From: Paraspadella gotoi
Lineage: Eukaryota; Animalia; Chaetognatha
Reading direction: 5' to 3'
NCBI GenBank assembly: GCA_051294375.1
Contig: CM119264.1
Span: forward strand, 8,472,268-8,536,267
DNA: 64,000 nucleotides
Part shown: piece by piece, positions 40,424-53,445 of the stretch
Numbering within the stretch: the first letter of the stretch is position 1
How the letters are laid out: every line of letters starts with the position of its first letter
Notes under the pieces: generated by a model
Databases searched by the model: none
Told to the model about the DNA's origin: nothing
The model's input: only the letters and a program-made list of their open reading frames with translations
Program-made: the position numbers and the translations under genes

Positions 40424-43400
40424 AGATATAACACTTCTCAAACTTCACAACGACCTTCTGTCGTGTAGGTAAGTCAAAATTCCAGCTAATTGACGCAAAA
40501 AAAAAATACTGAAGAAAAAGGTAATTCACGGAGGAAAATAGCTTCAATAGAATTTATCATTGAGAGAACTAATTTTAGATTTTTCGCTTTTTTTTTTCTT
40601 CGTCTCTCTCCCATTCGTTTTTTTTTGTTCTTCATTCCTCCCTCTCTTTCCTCTCTTCCCTCGTTTCGACTTCCTTTCCATTCTCTCCCGTCGAACGTTT
40701 CTGTCTTTATGTACGGCTCTTGTCTTTCGTTTCTTTTCTTATCTTTCTTTCCTTCTTTCTTTCTTTCCTTCTTTCTTTCTTCTTTCTTTCTTTCTTTCCT
40801 TCTTTCCTTCTTTCCTTCTTTCCTTCTTTCTTTCTTTCTTCTTTCTTTTTTCTTCTCTTTCTTTCTCGTTCCTTCCCCAAATTTTTTTTTTACTCCTTCC
40901 TTCTCTGCTGAAAATGAAAATTTTAAACCTCCATCTTTCGGAACCAAAAGGGAACAATGATTCTCACATTAAGTTTGGATGAGGGTCCGCCTCGAGCGCC
41001 ATCGTCGCCGAGTCAAAGGCTTCCCGCTCTTTCGACAAAAGGGCAATCCGGAATTCCGACGCGAGCGGAGAATTAAGGTGAGAGGGAAAATCTCGAAAAA
41101 GAAACGACGTGAGAGTAAAAGAGAAAAGAGAACAAAAAACAAAAGAAAGATAAAGAAAGAAAGAAAGAAGAAAGAGAAAAAGAAAGAAGAAAGAAGAATG
41201 AAAGACAGACTGACGACAACGAACAATAAGAAAGATAGAAGAATAGTTTCTCGACTTTTTAAGTCAAAAATATTTATAAAAGAAAAGAAACAAAAGGCGA
41301 AACATCAAAAACTATAGGACATGTCGCGAACCGAAAAAAAATAAAGAAAGAAGAAAGAAAGAAAGAAAGAAAGAACAGAAAGAAAAGGAAAGAAAGAAAG
41401 AACCGAAAGATAGGATATAGAAAAAAAAGATAGAAAAAAAAACGAAGAGAGATGAAAAAGAGAGGTGGATACGGAATCCGGACGTAAATCAATTGGAAAT
41501 GAGGTTTAATTGGATTTTTAAAGAGTTTGAGGGACAAAAATCGTGATTAAAAGAGGACAACAGAAGCTTTTGTTCGTTCGGTGACTGAAACCCAAGGATG
41601 AGAAGCGGGAAGGAAAAATAATTAGTAGAAAACAAAAGGGAAAATGGGAGGGAGGGAGTAGGGAGGAAGTAGGGAGGAAGGGACCGGGAGTAGGGAGGGA
41701 GGGAGGGAGGGAGGTTGAGAAAAGAAAAGGGGTCAGGGGAGGAAGAGAAAGTAAAAAAAGAAATTAAAGAAAAGAGATCGAAAAAATTCTCGCGACATTT
41801 AGTTTAAAAAGATGGCCGCCGGTCAAAATAAAAAAAATTAAATCGTTATTAAATGATAACAAGGAACGTTATCAATTGAGAATCTATCAAGATTATCAAA
41901 AACCAAAAATAATTAATTAAAATACAAAAAAATGTTTAATGATTAAAAAAAGAGAAATGGATATGCTAATTTTCACGCTTCGATTGAGTTTGGGTCAAAA
42001 ATTCTTCCTCTCCGATTATCGCTTTTTCTCGCCCCCCCCCCCACGACCGAAATAAAAAAATAAATTAGCGGCTCAAAAAGATTTTAATTAACGCATTTAT
42101 TGGTTTTTCGGGTTTTCGGCCCAAATTCGAACTCGCCTTCGCCGACGTCCCGTTTGAACTTGTCTCGTTATTTTCACGGCTTTGATGAAATTACCTTCCG
42201 CTTACTTAACAGATTCTATTTCAATCCATACCTATTAACACCAGAAACTACACCTTTACTTAATAATACAATAATACTACATTTTTTTTATTTTCTAGTT
42301 TTTGGTTTTAAATTATATGTTTATATTTAGATATTCGTTCTTACTGTCGAGAGGCATTAAAGCTATTCTTAATGTGACCGTCTATTTCTTTCTAATGAGA
42401 GGTTTGGTAACAGGGAGACATGTAATGAAAGCCCGGGGTGTGGGGCATCTCTCGACAGGCTGGATCTCAGGGTTTTCGGACCTGCAGTGACACCCATGTC
42501 ACAAGGCGTGTTTATGTTGACACCTTTCACACTTAACCAAGCGTGACCGTGAGGGGATTTGAGCCTGGAACTCACTGTTGGTAAACCGAGCACTTAGCCC
42601 ATGGGACGAGCTGAGTTTTACCCAAACTAATACGGAGGAAAGGCAAAGTTAGGATTCCGCCACAGGGAAGTCGAGACTTTCTTACCCATCCCCCTCCCTG
42701 CTTTTCCCCCACTCTCCCACTTCAATCCCCCCTGACCACTCCCAACCGTCCCTCCCTCGCCTCCACCTTTCCTCTTTCGCATCACCTACAATCTCACTGG
42801 TTCGCTTGTTGCCCATCGTCCTTCGACGACGGAATGATAAGAGGAGCGCAAAGGATGAGGTGAATGCGAAGTCCGCATCGGAACTTTTCATCTTTTCTTC
42901 TTTTTTTCCCCCCCTTTTTTTCTTCTTTTCTTCTTTCCTTTCCTTCGTTCTTCTTTCCTTTCCTTCGCTTCTTCTTTCCTTTCCTTCTTTTCTTCTTTCC
43001 TTTCCTTCTTTTCTTCTTTTCCTTTCCTTCGCTTTCTTCTTTCCTTTACTTCGCTTCTTCGCCGTTTCGTTTTTTTTTCTTTCTCCTCCTGCTTCGCCTT
43101 TCGCCGACTTTATTTTTTCCCCCTTCGGCCCTCTTTAACAGAACTTTTTCGTCTTTTATTTTGACTCCTTCGTCGTATTATTTTTAAAAGTTTTTGGCGC
43201 TTTTTATTTGGGGTGAGGGAAATAAACGCAGTGGGGTTTCCGTGAAGATAGAGGCGATTCGCGTTTTTCTGAATTTGGTCGAATCAGTTTTAAATTGGAA
43301 GGAACTTTGTAGTATTTCTTTTTTTTCAAGTTTTTAAAAGTTTTTCTTTTTTTCCTTCACACGAAGAAAATTTTGAGAAGAAGAAATGTGATCGTTGTTA

Positions 43401-43713
43401 ATTGTGTTGTTATCCTTTGATGCGATCGGAGACGCAATGAATTCATAACCGTCGCCGTTACCGTCGTTTCTCGTTTCTTCTTCTTGTTAAGCCCGATTTT
43501 TTGCTTTTTTTTTTTTTTTGGTCCTTTTTATTTTCGCCGGTCCACCGATGGAAGATTAGTTGCGGTTTCGTCTTTCGACGGAAACCAGAAGGAAAGGAGA
43601 GAAAGAGAAAAAGAAGAGAGAGAAAGAAGAAAAGAGAAAAAGAAAAAGAGAGAGAAGGAGAGAGAAAGAGAGGCTTTTTGTCGTGGTCGTTGGGTGGACG
43701 TCCTTATCCTCCT

Positions 43714-43781
<68 letters not shown>

Positions 43782-43798
43782 AGAGAGAGAGAGAGAAG

Positions 43799-43830
<32 letters not shown>

Positions 43831-45122
43831 CGAGAAGAGAGAGAGAGAGAGAAGAGAGAAGAAGAGAACTTCTCTCGCCTTAGTTTTTTTTTTTCCTTTT
43901 CTCTAATTTTAAGATTTTTCTTCTCTTCAGAGATTGTGTCCCCCTCTTTCTTCCAAAGAATCTTCTCTCTTTTGTCGATTGCGTCGTCTTCTCCTCTAAA
44001 AGAGAGAAAATTAGAGAGGAGAAGAAGAGAGAGATACAGAGAGAAGAACGAAATCGCGATGTTTTCCTCTCCCTCTTTTCTTCGTCCTTAGTTCTTCGCC
44101 TGACAATAAACAGAAATTTGTCAACGATCAACGTTAGATAAGAAAAAAAAACATATATTCCAGATAAAGAACGAGATTTAAGAACGAAAGCGATTCGAAG
44201 TAATTACGGTAGTACTTTTGGGTTTCGGCAAGTTTTGTAATTTTTTTTTTTTTTTTTTGAATTTATTTTATATTTACGGTCGATTATTTCGTTATTTTCT
44301 GACTGTTTGTTTATTGTGAGAGAATCGCAAGAGAAAAACGGAGTGGTCAATAAAGATTTTTTTCGTGAGTTTGTAGAGAATCTCTCTTCTCTCTCTCTCT
44401 TCTCTCGTCGCGTTCTCTCTCTCTGCTCTGGTCGTTCTCTCTCTCTGACTTCTGTCTCGTTTTTCACTTTTAGCTTTCGCGCTCTTTGTGCTCGAGGTGT
44501 TACTCTTCCCCATTTTGTTTCTTCGCCTCGTTTTTTCACTTTCATCATTGTCCAGACTTCCAAGTTTTTTACGGCCCAAGACTCAGCTACATCCAGGACA
44601 TTAGGCAGCGATCAAATGAGTGTCGCCATCGTTGAATCCAGTTTCGAGTCAAACAAATTATTTGATACGAAAAACAAATAACAAAATCTTTTATATGAAA
44701 AAAATTGAGGGGAAAAAATAATGAAAAGTAACGGTAATTTTCCCTTTTCCCCATCATTATTGTATCTGTTTTGCAATGCACGGAAGGGAAAACGATAAAT
44801 CTTTTTTGGCCGGATCTTTTCGGCCTTGCCTCTTCTTTGAATTCCTGAAAAACCCCCACTGTCGGAGGAACTAGTTTTTACAGAATTAAGGCGGCAATAA
44901 CGGGGAAAAAGAAAAACGTCTTTTTTCTTTCTTTTCCTCTTTTCTCTCTCTCTCTTTTCTCTCTGTCTCTCTCTCTCTCTGTTTCTGGGGCATCGGAGGA
45001 ATTCGCTCGGAACCATCAAATGGAGGCTGTTGAATTTTGTGGGATGTCAACTAACGCTTTCTTACCAGGGCGAAACTGGAGCGGATTGGATGGGCTGGAA
45101 AAGGAAACGAAAGAGAGAAGAG

Positions 45123-45185
<63 letters not shown>

Positions 45186-45305
45186 TAGTATTCGTTCGTA
45201 GTTTTTCGAAAATTTGCTCACGTATTTGATTTTCCTAAAGAAGCCAAAAGCTTTTCTTCTGGGGTCTTGTTCGGCGGTTAGGAGAGGATAGAAAACAGAA
45301 TAGTA

Positions 45306-45390
<85 letters not shown>

Positions 45391-45672
45391 AAAAAATGAT
45401 CTGAAAGCGAAAGAAAGAGAAGTGAAAGAGGAGTGATTTTTTAACTTCATGCACAACAGAGAGCTCACGCGGTAACTCGAGTTTTTTTTTCTTTCTTGAA
45501 AAAAAAAGTTTTTGTGAAGAGCTGCTAACTGCTAACAGAAAGCTTTTCCATAGGTTTTCTCTTCCTTCGGTTACAACTGAGTAATGAAGGAAATTGTAAT
45601 ATTTCTCTTGCTCTCATTTGGTGTCCGGGAGAACTTTCGCAAGATATAAGAATGTTTAGAATAGTACAAAGA

Positions 45673-45705
<33 letters not shown>

Positions 45706-47079
45706 CGAGTGAGAAAGAAAATAAAGAGACTGATGATTGTCGCATTGCAACGATTTTCTTCATCTTCGCTGTGAAAGATTCAATTCCGGGCGGAGAGTGC
45801 TCGTATCGTCCTCCGTGTTGGTCGTCGTCGTCGTTGTCGTCAGCGTCCTCGGCTTTTAACCTTCGCGCCTGCTCTTTTGTTTTTGTTTTCCTCTTCCATG
45901 CGAGCTGCTGCCATCTCGAGCGGCAGAGACGAAACTTGTTTTCCCGGGAGCGAATTCCGCGATCGGCGCGCTGCGATCGTGTTTTCATCAAAAATGGCGA
46001 CAGCGTAACTTCCCGAGAAAAAAAAAGAGGGAAAAAAAGGTAAAAAGCAAATAAATATGAAATGAGAAATGGAGGAAAAGGAGGAGGAGGAGGAGGAGAG
46101 GGAGGAGGAGGAAGAGGAAAAGAAATTGAAAAACGGATAAAAACGGGAATAACACAAAAGAAATGGAGGAGAAGAGAGAGAGAGAGAGAGAGGACGAGAG
46201 AGGAGCAGAGAGAGAGAGAGAGAGAAGAAGAGAGAAGAGAGAGAGGAGAAAGAGAGAGAGAGATATTTATGATGGAACTGATGCTTTCTTCAGCTCATTT
46301 CCTTACTTTTTTCGAGCAGCAAACGCGCCATCCTCAAAAAATAGAAACCCCAATCAAAATTGTATTCCCGGTGTTTTTTGGTTTTCTCCAACTAAACTCA
46401 TTTTCTTCCAAGATTTTTTTTTTTTCATCCGAAGTCCGGGGTTTTTTTATGGGAAAAATGGATTCAATTTTGTTCCTCATCATCTCTCTCTCTAATTTTT
46501 TATAAGATCCCCATAAGGTTTACCAATAATGCGCAACAAAGTCTAGTCCATTGCAGCGAAACTCTATCGCTTCCGAGAACGCGCTTCAGCCGATGATTTA
46601 AGTCTTTTGGAAAAAATGGCTTGACCACAAATAAAAATTAATCTTGACGGAACGAGAGTATTAAAATTTAGCCAGACACCCGTAAGCTTTGCTCTTCGTC
46701 ATCCGACTCATCGATATCTTCCGCCTATTCCCTCTTCGCCTTTATTTCGCCACTCACTTTTGCTCCCGTTTTCTCCCTCCTAATCTCTCGCCCTTGTTCT
46801 CTTTCTTTCCTTTCCACCGAAAAACTAAGGGCTTAAACATATATGTCACACTCTCTCTCCTCTCTTTCCTCTCTTTCGTTCTGACTTCCGCTCCTCCTCT
46901 CTCTCCCTCTGCCTCTCCTTGGTCTTCTACTCCATTCCTCCACTCTCCCTTCTTGGCCAGTCGGAAGTCGGCAGCAACAAAAGACAAAAGGGAAAAATGG
47001 TGAACCATTACGGGATATCAGATTCAAAAGAAAAGGAAAGAGAGAGAGAGAGAGAAAGAGGAGAGAGGAGAGAGAGAAG

Positions 47080-47146
<67 letters not shown>

Positions 47147-47233
47147 AGAGAGGGAAAAAAAACTGGTTTCCGCCACAACGCAGATCCCTTAGACACGAAA
47201 TTCATTACATTCTCGTTTCTTTTTTCCTTTTTC
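40335..47233 (-). repeat. Near-exact inverted copy (~6.9 kb) of 25240-32138
   Basis: ORF-track entries are identical and mirror at coordinate sum 72473 (25968..26411- vs 46062..46505+; 31526..31987+ vs 40486..40947-). Both arms begin at 25-N gaps. Confidence 0.97.
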
Positions 47234-48232
47234 TTTTTTTTTCTTCGCTTCTATCTTAAAGATTATTTTCTTCTCTTTCTTTTTTTAGCTTCTATCTTAA
47301 GATTAAATTCTTCCTTTTTTTTATTTTTTTTTAGCTTCTAATCTTAATTTTTTTTTAGCATCCTCACTCCTCATTTCGTTTTTTACTTTATTGTCTAACG
47401 CAACTCTTCTTTTTCTTTTCCTTTCGTCTTTCTGTTCTTTTTCTTTTTTTTTTTTCGGTGCGCCGACGTTACCTCTGTTTTGGATGTTTCGCCTTTGTTT
47501 CATTTTCTGATTCCATAAGTATTTTTGACTGATTTTGATTCTGGAAACATTCTCTATTTTCTTTCTTTCTATTCTTTTTGATTTTCCCCCTTTTAACTTT
47601 CATACCTTTTTTTAGCTTCACCTTTTTTGTTTTCTTTTCCTTTTACTTTCACTTTCACTTTCTTTCTCTGTCTCCTTCTTCATTTTTCTCCTTTACTACT
47701 TTTCTCTCCTTCTCTTCTCTTCATCTCTCTTTCTCCTCTCTACTCTCTCTCCTCTCTCTCTCTCTCTCTCTTCTTCTCTCTCTCTCTCTCTTCTCTTCTC
47801 TCCACTAAAAATTCCAAATATTTCACAAATTAATTTGCGCTGATGAAGACTAGAACTCAAGCCAAAACATGTCCGTTAATTTTATTGTAAAAAAAAAATC
47901 CGAGCTAATTATAATTAATCGAAAGAATCTAAGTAATCACTTTTTCTCTATTCATATATTTCAATATTTCTGAAATGACTTATTTTCTGATCCATAAATA
48001 GAAAAAACATCTCGATATCTGATTGATTCTTGAGAAACGAGATTACCGAGGAAGATTACTCTCTTCGTAATAGATTAGATGTAACTAATTAGTTATTTTT
48101 TCTCGTCTTAAGCTTCGTGAAAATCGAATCACGCGCGAAAACGCATCTTGGATAAAAATGAATCCTTCGCTTCTCTCATCTTCTCCTCCTCCTCCTCCTC
48201 CTCCTCCTCCTCCTCCTCCTCTTCCTCCTCAG

Positions 48233-48607
48233 GGATCCGACGTCCGTCACTGGTTCACCACCGACGGTCAAATTCGCCTCCAATTCGATCCCATCCCGTC
48301 TTCCTCGCGGCTGCGGCAGTTGCAACAGCTACAGCAACTCCAACAGCTCCAACGCTCTTTGAAAAGTCAGCAACAACATCCTCAGCCGCGGCAACAACAT
48401 CAACAGCCCCAACTGTGGCTTCGATCGCCGCCGGAAATGTTTTCGGCGCAGCGAGGCTCCGAGGACGGGACGCCGACCCTGCCGATGCCGGTCTCCGGAG
48501 CGCGGGTCGCCGGTGCGGAGCTCGCCGGCGCCGGAGCAGAGACGATGTCGTTCTCGTCGACGCAGCGTCGGCTGGAGAGGAGATCAGTCTCGGAGGAGGA
48601 GGCTGGG
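48233..48607 (+). CDS. Putative internal exon, Gln-rich low complexity (GSDVRHWFTTDGQIRLQFDP..RLRQLQQLQQLQQLQ..QRRLERRSVSEEEAG)
   Basis: (CCT)n polypyrimidine tract ending CAG|, GC-rich 375-bp open frame, donor GGG|GTGAGG at 48608, phase 0/0. An in-frame ATG at 48158 is an alternative start. Confidence 0.62.
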
Positions 48608-48974
48608 GTGAGGAGAGAGAGGGGGGGAGATGGAGGGAGGGGAGGGAGGGGGAGTAGGAGGGAGGAGAGGGAAGGGAAAATGGGAAATAAGAGGGAGAGA
48701 GAGAGGATGTTATGAGAAAAGGATAGAACAGAGTGGGAGAGGATGAAGTGAAGATGGGAGGAAAGGGAAAAAAATTGGGGGAAATATAAACTTATAAAGA
48801 GAAAATTAGTCTTAGACTTGAGACACCGAAAAGTCCATCTTTCCTCAGAGAAATATATTTGACTTTTGTCGCTAATTAATTAAGGGTTGACATGAAGTCA
48901 TAACGATTGAAAGATTTAATAATTTATTTACTTAAATGATTGACTGATTGATTTGCCCTTTTATTTTTATTTAG

Positions 48975-49326
48975 ATGCTCGACTCCAACGAAGATTTCGA
49001 CGTCGTCATCGTCTCCTCCAGCGTCGCCGCATTCGCACGCAGCCGTTCGCACACGCGTGCGCGCAACGACCAAGCGCAAGGACAACAACAAGCGTCGGGA
49101 CAACTTCGACAACAACAACAACAACAACGACGCCATCATCAACGTCAAAAGGATCGCGATGTCGAAGATTCGGCGCCGCGAGAGGCGCGTCAGGCGCCAA
49201 CCGGCAAACCCCCCAGAGAGAGATCACCGCCATCATCCACGTCACAAGATTGCGCGATTGTCGAAGATTCGGCGCCGCGAAGAGGCGCGTCAGGGCGCAA
49301 CCGGAAGTGACTGGCGAGAACGCGAG
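48975..49326 (+). CDS. Putative internal exon, poly-Gln/Arg-His rich (MLDSNEDFDVVIV..QQQQQQRRHHQRQKDRDVEDSAPREARQ..SDWRERE), with a probable sequence-error frameshift
   Basis: Acceptor TTTTTATTTAG| (phase 0, matches the previous donor), GC-rich, donor GAG|GTGAGG at 49327. Length of 352 bp needs a net 1-nt correction. The 3' end is uncertain because a second donor lies at 49681. Confidence 0.55.
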
Positions 49327-49334
49327 GTGAGGGG

Positions 49335-49410
<76 letters not shown>

Positions 49411-49545
49411 TTGTTGTAAATAGAAAATACCGGGAAAATAGAGGGAGAAAGAGAGAAAGAGAGAAGAAAGGACAGGATAGTCAGGAAAATACAGAGAGAC
49501 AAAATTGATGGCGTCCTCAAAAGACAAAGAGAAAGAAAGAAAGAA

Positions 49546-49598
<53 letters not shown>

Positions 49599-50017
49599 GA
49601 NNNNNNNNNNNNNNNNNNNNNNNNNAGAGAGAGAGAGAGAGAGAGAGAGAGACTGCCTCGACGATGATGGAGTCTGGGAGGTGAGAAAAAAGGAAAGGGT
49701 CTTTTCGGGTCGCTTCCCTTCTGATGAAATATTTTCTGATGATATCCTGTTAAGCGATGAAGCGCGAAAATAAATGAAAAGAAATGAAAAAGAAACTAAG
49801 AGAAATAGTTGAAGGTGAAGGTGAAGAGATGAAAAAGATTAAAGGTGAAAGTTTAAAAAAAACAAAAAAAACTGGGAATCAAACAAAAAAAAAAACCAAA
49901 ACAAAAATATAAACAACAAACGAAACAAAAACAAAACAAAAAGCAACAACTTACCTAAAAGACTCTCAATAAATAGTAGAAAGAAAGACAGACACAAAAT
50001 ATTTTTTCTTGTTTTAG

Positions 50018-50172
50018 GAGTTGATGAAGATGAGATCGAGCGACGAAGCTTGGGGAAGAGGAGTTGGAGGTGGTGCGATGAGAGGAAGGGGAGCAGCAGG
50101 AGCGGGGGAAGCAGAGCGCGGCGACGCAGTAAAAAAAATCGCGGTTCTCACAGGATCAAACGTCACTTTAAG
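50018..50172 (+). CDS. IgSF exon: Gly/Ala linker plus A'/B strands of Ig1 (ELMKMRSSDEAWGRG..DAVKKIAVLTGSNVTLS)
   Basis: Acceptor TTTTTTCTTGTTTTAG|, open frame, donor AAG|GTAACA at 50173 (phase 2). AG plus the C at 59194 gives Ser followed by Cys, producing the canonical GSNVTLSC. Missed by the ORF track. Confidence 0.85.
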
Positions 50173-51145
50173 GTAACAAGAAAAGAAATATAAAAATAAT
50201 TTGTAATAAGTGGTATAATATTTCAAAGAATGTTTCAATTGTATGAAAAGACCCCTCCCTTAAGTATTAGATCGGGGAATACTTATTGTACTCCGCACTA
50301 GCATCAAAATACTAGGAGCTGAATTTTATGAATTTGTAAAATTATTTTTATGGAGCATTTATTTATAGATACAAATGTAAAAGAACTTATTTAGATAACA
50401 ATGTTGTTTTTAATAGAAATGGGAAAAATTTTAAAACTACTCGGTGAAGTTAAAACGTTAAGAACCTCTGGGGATTAAACCGAACAATTTGCTTTTTTTG
50501 TTTTATTTTTAAAAAAATCACGATTCCTGGTAAGAAATAAAAAAATCCCTGGCGAGGATCTCAGCTGCTTCGTTGTGAAGGGGAATCCAAAAGGTTCACT
50601 CGAGACCCGATTACTCTCTCGCTACTGAATAGTGAATTTCCAATTGTGAACTCGATCAAAGAATAAAAAAAAAAAAAAAACATTGGACGCTAGTTTTTTT
50701 TTTTTTTTTAATTTAAATTTAAATGTTTCTTCCGCAGCGCGATTGATTTAGTTTTTCATTAATTGATTGATTAATTCATTATTAGATTGATCGATTGCAA
50801 AAAGATTTCATTCTTTACAAACGCGCGTTTGTTTTTAAACTAATCTTGAATGACGTCGCCGCAAGTAATTTTGACTTCAAAAGAAGAACAAGAAAAGAAA
50901 AAGAGAAGAAAGAAAAAAGAAAAAAAAAAGAAGCAAAACCCAGTTTTGTTTCTTTCCTCCTCGGAGACTCAGCTGTTCTCTCCTTAATCTTTCCTTTCCT
51001 TAAAGAGCGGAGGAAAAAAAAAGTATGAAAACATGAAAAGACGCAAATTGAATACAAGGGATTTTGAGACGGCTCGGTTCTTTGAAGAAGAAGGAAAAAA
51101 AAATTGGCAGGACCGGGAAAAGTTCATCTCTACTCTCTCTACATT

Positions 51146-51241
<96 letters not shown>

Positions 51242-51855
51242 TGTTCCGTGATTCTCAACTTTTCAGTGAAATCCCTTCGCTCTTCTTTCTTCTCCCCGAG
51301 ACGCGACAAGATTTTTTTCTTCTTTAAATAATTTTTTTTTATCTTAAAAGTTTTTTTCCTTTGAAGTTTCTCCATTTTTTTCCCCTTGACTCATGTTCCT
51401 CTATTTTTTCTCCATTTATCTCTTATTTTCGTTTCGCTATTAGAGCCTTTAAGGGGACCCAGTGATAAAAATGATATCATAAGCTTAAGGGTCTATCATT
51501 AAAGGAATTTGAATGGTAGTAGTCATTAATTTTTCTTCGCGCGGGAAAGTGGAGAAAAAAGTCCCATCTCCTTGTTGAAATTCGAACAAGGACAAGATAT
51601 TTATTGGAAAATGTTTTAATTGGCAATGAAGCAAAAACAATCTTTAATGAATGATATTAATTTAAAAAATAAGTAACTTATCAAAATTCATAAAAGAGAT
51701 AAAGATTAAAGGGAACTCAAAGAGGTTACTTTTTTTATTATTATTATTTCTCTGATTTTCTTTTCTTTTTTAACGAGGCGGGACGCGGAAATGAACCCTG
51801 ACCGAAGCGAGAAGGACGACTAAAAGATGGTCGCTCGGAAATTAAGCAGAAAGTC

Positions 51856-52148
51856 GAGGAGGAAGAAGAGGAAGATGAGAAGTAAGAGGAGGAGGATGAG
51901 GAGGATGAATAGGAAGAGGAGGAGGAAGAGGAAGATGAGAAGTGAGAGGAGGAGGAAGATGAGGATGAAAAGGAAGAGGAGGAAGAAGAGGAGGATGAGA
52001 AGTGATAGGAGGAGGAAGAGGAGGATGAATGGGAGGAAGATGAGAAGTGACAGGAGGAGGAAGAGGAGGATGAACAGGAAGAGGAGGAAGAAGAGGAAGA
52101 TGAGAAGTGAGAGGGGGAAGAGGAGGATGAACAGGAAGAGGAGGAGGA
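51856..52148. repeat. Purine-rich ~60-bp minisatellite built on GAG/GAA triplets with a GATGAGAAGT(G/A)A anchor (~5 units)
   Basis: The anchor recurs at about 51874, 51934, 51994, 52039 and 52099. Confidence 0.85.
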
Positions 52149-53090
52149 TAGTTTTAGGTCCGCCTTAACAGGGAACAGGGCGGGAGAAAGGAGGTACATA
52201 AGGGTCTACGAGCGCTTACGAAAAAAAAACAAAATTTACAGTTAATAATGTCATTTTAGCTGAGGGAAAGCATGATATTTATACCACTATTTAATTTCAA
52301 ACATGTAAAATCTATGTACATAATCAAAAATAATTGAAGAATCAAAATGAAGGAGTAATTAAAAATGTTTGCGAATATGTCCGAAAAGCAGTGAAAATAG
52401 AAGTGAGTTAGTAATTTATTCTTAAGTCTCCACGACTCGAGAGGTCATCCTGTCCGCCCCCCCCCCTCGCCGAATGCGGAAAATGATGAGTTGATGATAA
52501 ACGAGACGAAAGAGGATCTAAAATCTCGAGGTCAAATTGGGTGGAGAAAAAAACATCAGGGATAAGAAAAATATTATGAAAAGATTTTGTGAAAGAAATA
52601 TTATAAGATTGAGTGAAAAAAAAAAAGATCTTGGAGAAGAGGTCAAAAATTTTAAAAAATTCCCGGACAATCAAATTTTAAGTAAAAAAAAATATACGTT
52701 TAAAACTATGAAGGGAAATGTAGAGAAAATATTTAGGTTAAATTTAGGTGAAAAAGAAAAAAGAGGTAGAAAACATTTTTAATGGGAATTACAAGATTAA
52801 AACGCAGCCTTAAAAATAAATTAAAAAAAAACAAAACATGAAAAGTATTAAATAAAAGGTGAGTAGAAATCTTTAGATATCGTTTTTAATACGATGACAA
52901 AACGGACCTAAGGTTTATATTATTACCAAAATTAAATATCTGTTCAAAAATATATATATTTTTTCTATAGAGCAGCGAAAATATGGGAAATGAAAAATGG
53001 AAATGAACGAGGAGAACTTAAGGAATCAGTGATCTGTGAAGGAAAAAAATGATGAAAAGAACGTGAGGACAGAGAGGGAGGGAGAGAGAC

Positions 53091-53128
<38 letters not shown>

Positions 53129-53129
53129 C

Positions 53130-53164
<35 letters not shown>

Positions 53165-53340
53165 GCAGCAGTTAAAAAGTTAAGCAAAATTGATCGTTTA
53201 CTAAACATAGTTTTTTCAACACATGATTTATACAACTTTTACACTGTGAGATTTATTTTAATCAACGATGAAAGCTTCGGAGGAAAAACAGTTAAAGCAC
53301 GAAGTATGGATGGCGTGACCTAGAAATTATGTGTATGAGA

Positions 53341-53445
<105 letters not shown>

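Noticed and set aside
29582-42891. Alternative signal-peptide exons (Dscam- or protocadherin-like exon array)
   Set aside because: The copies differ from 21771-21860 only by frameshifting indels and lie inside the artefactual blocks.
25240-47233. Giant TIR/foldback transposon or invertible exon cassette
   Set aside because: The arms are copies of adjacent host intron and exon sequence with shared indel errors and are bounded by 25-N gaps. The spacer is itself a noisy copy of 51240-56720. No transposase or recombinase is present.
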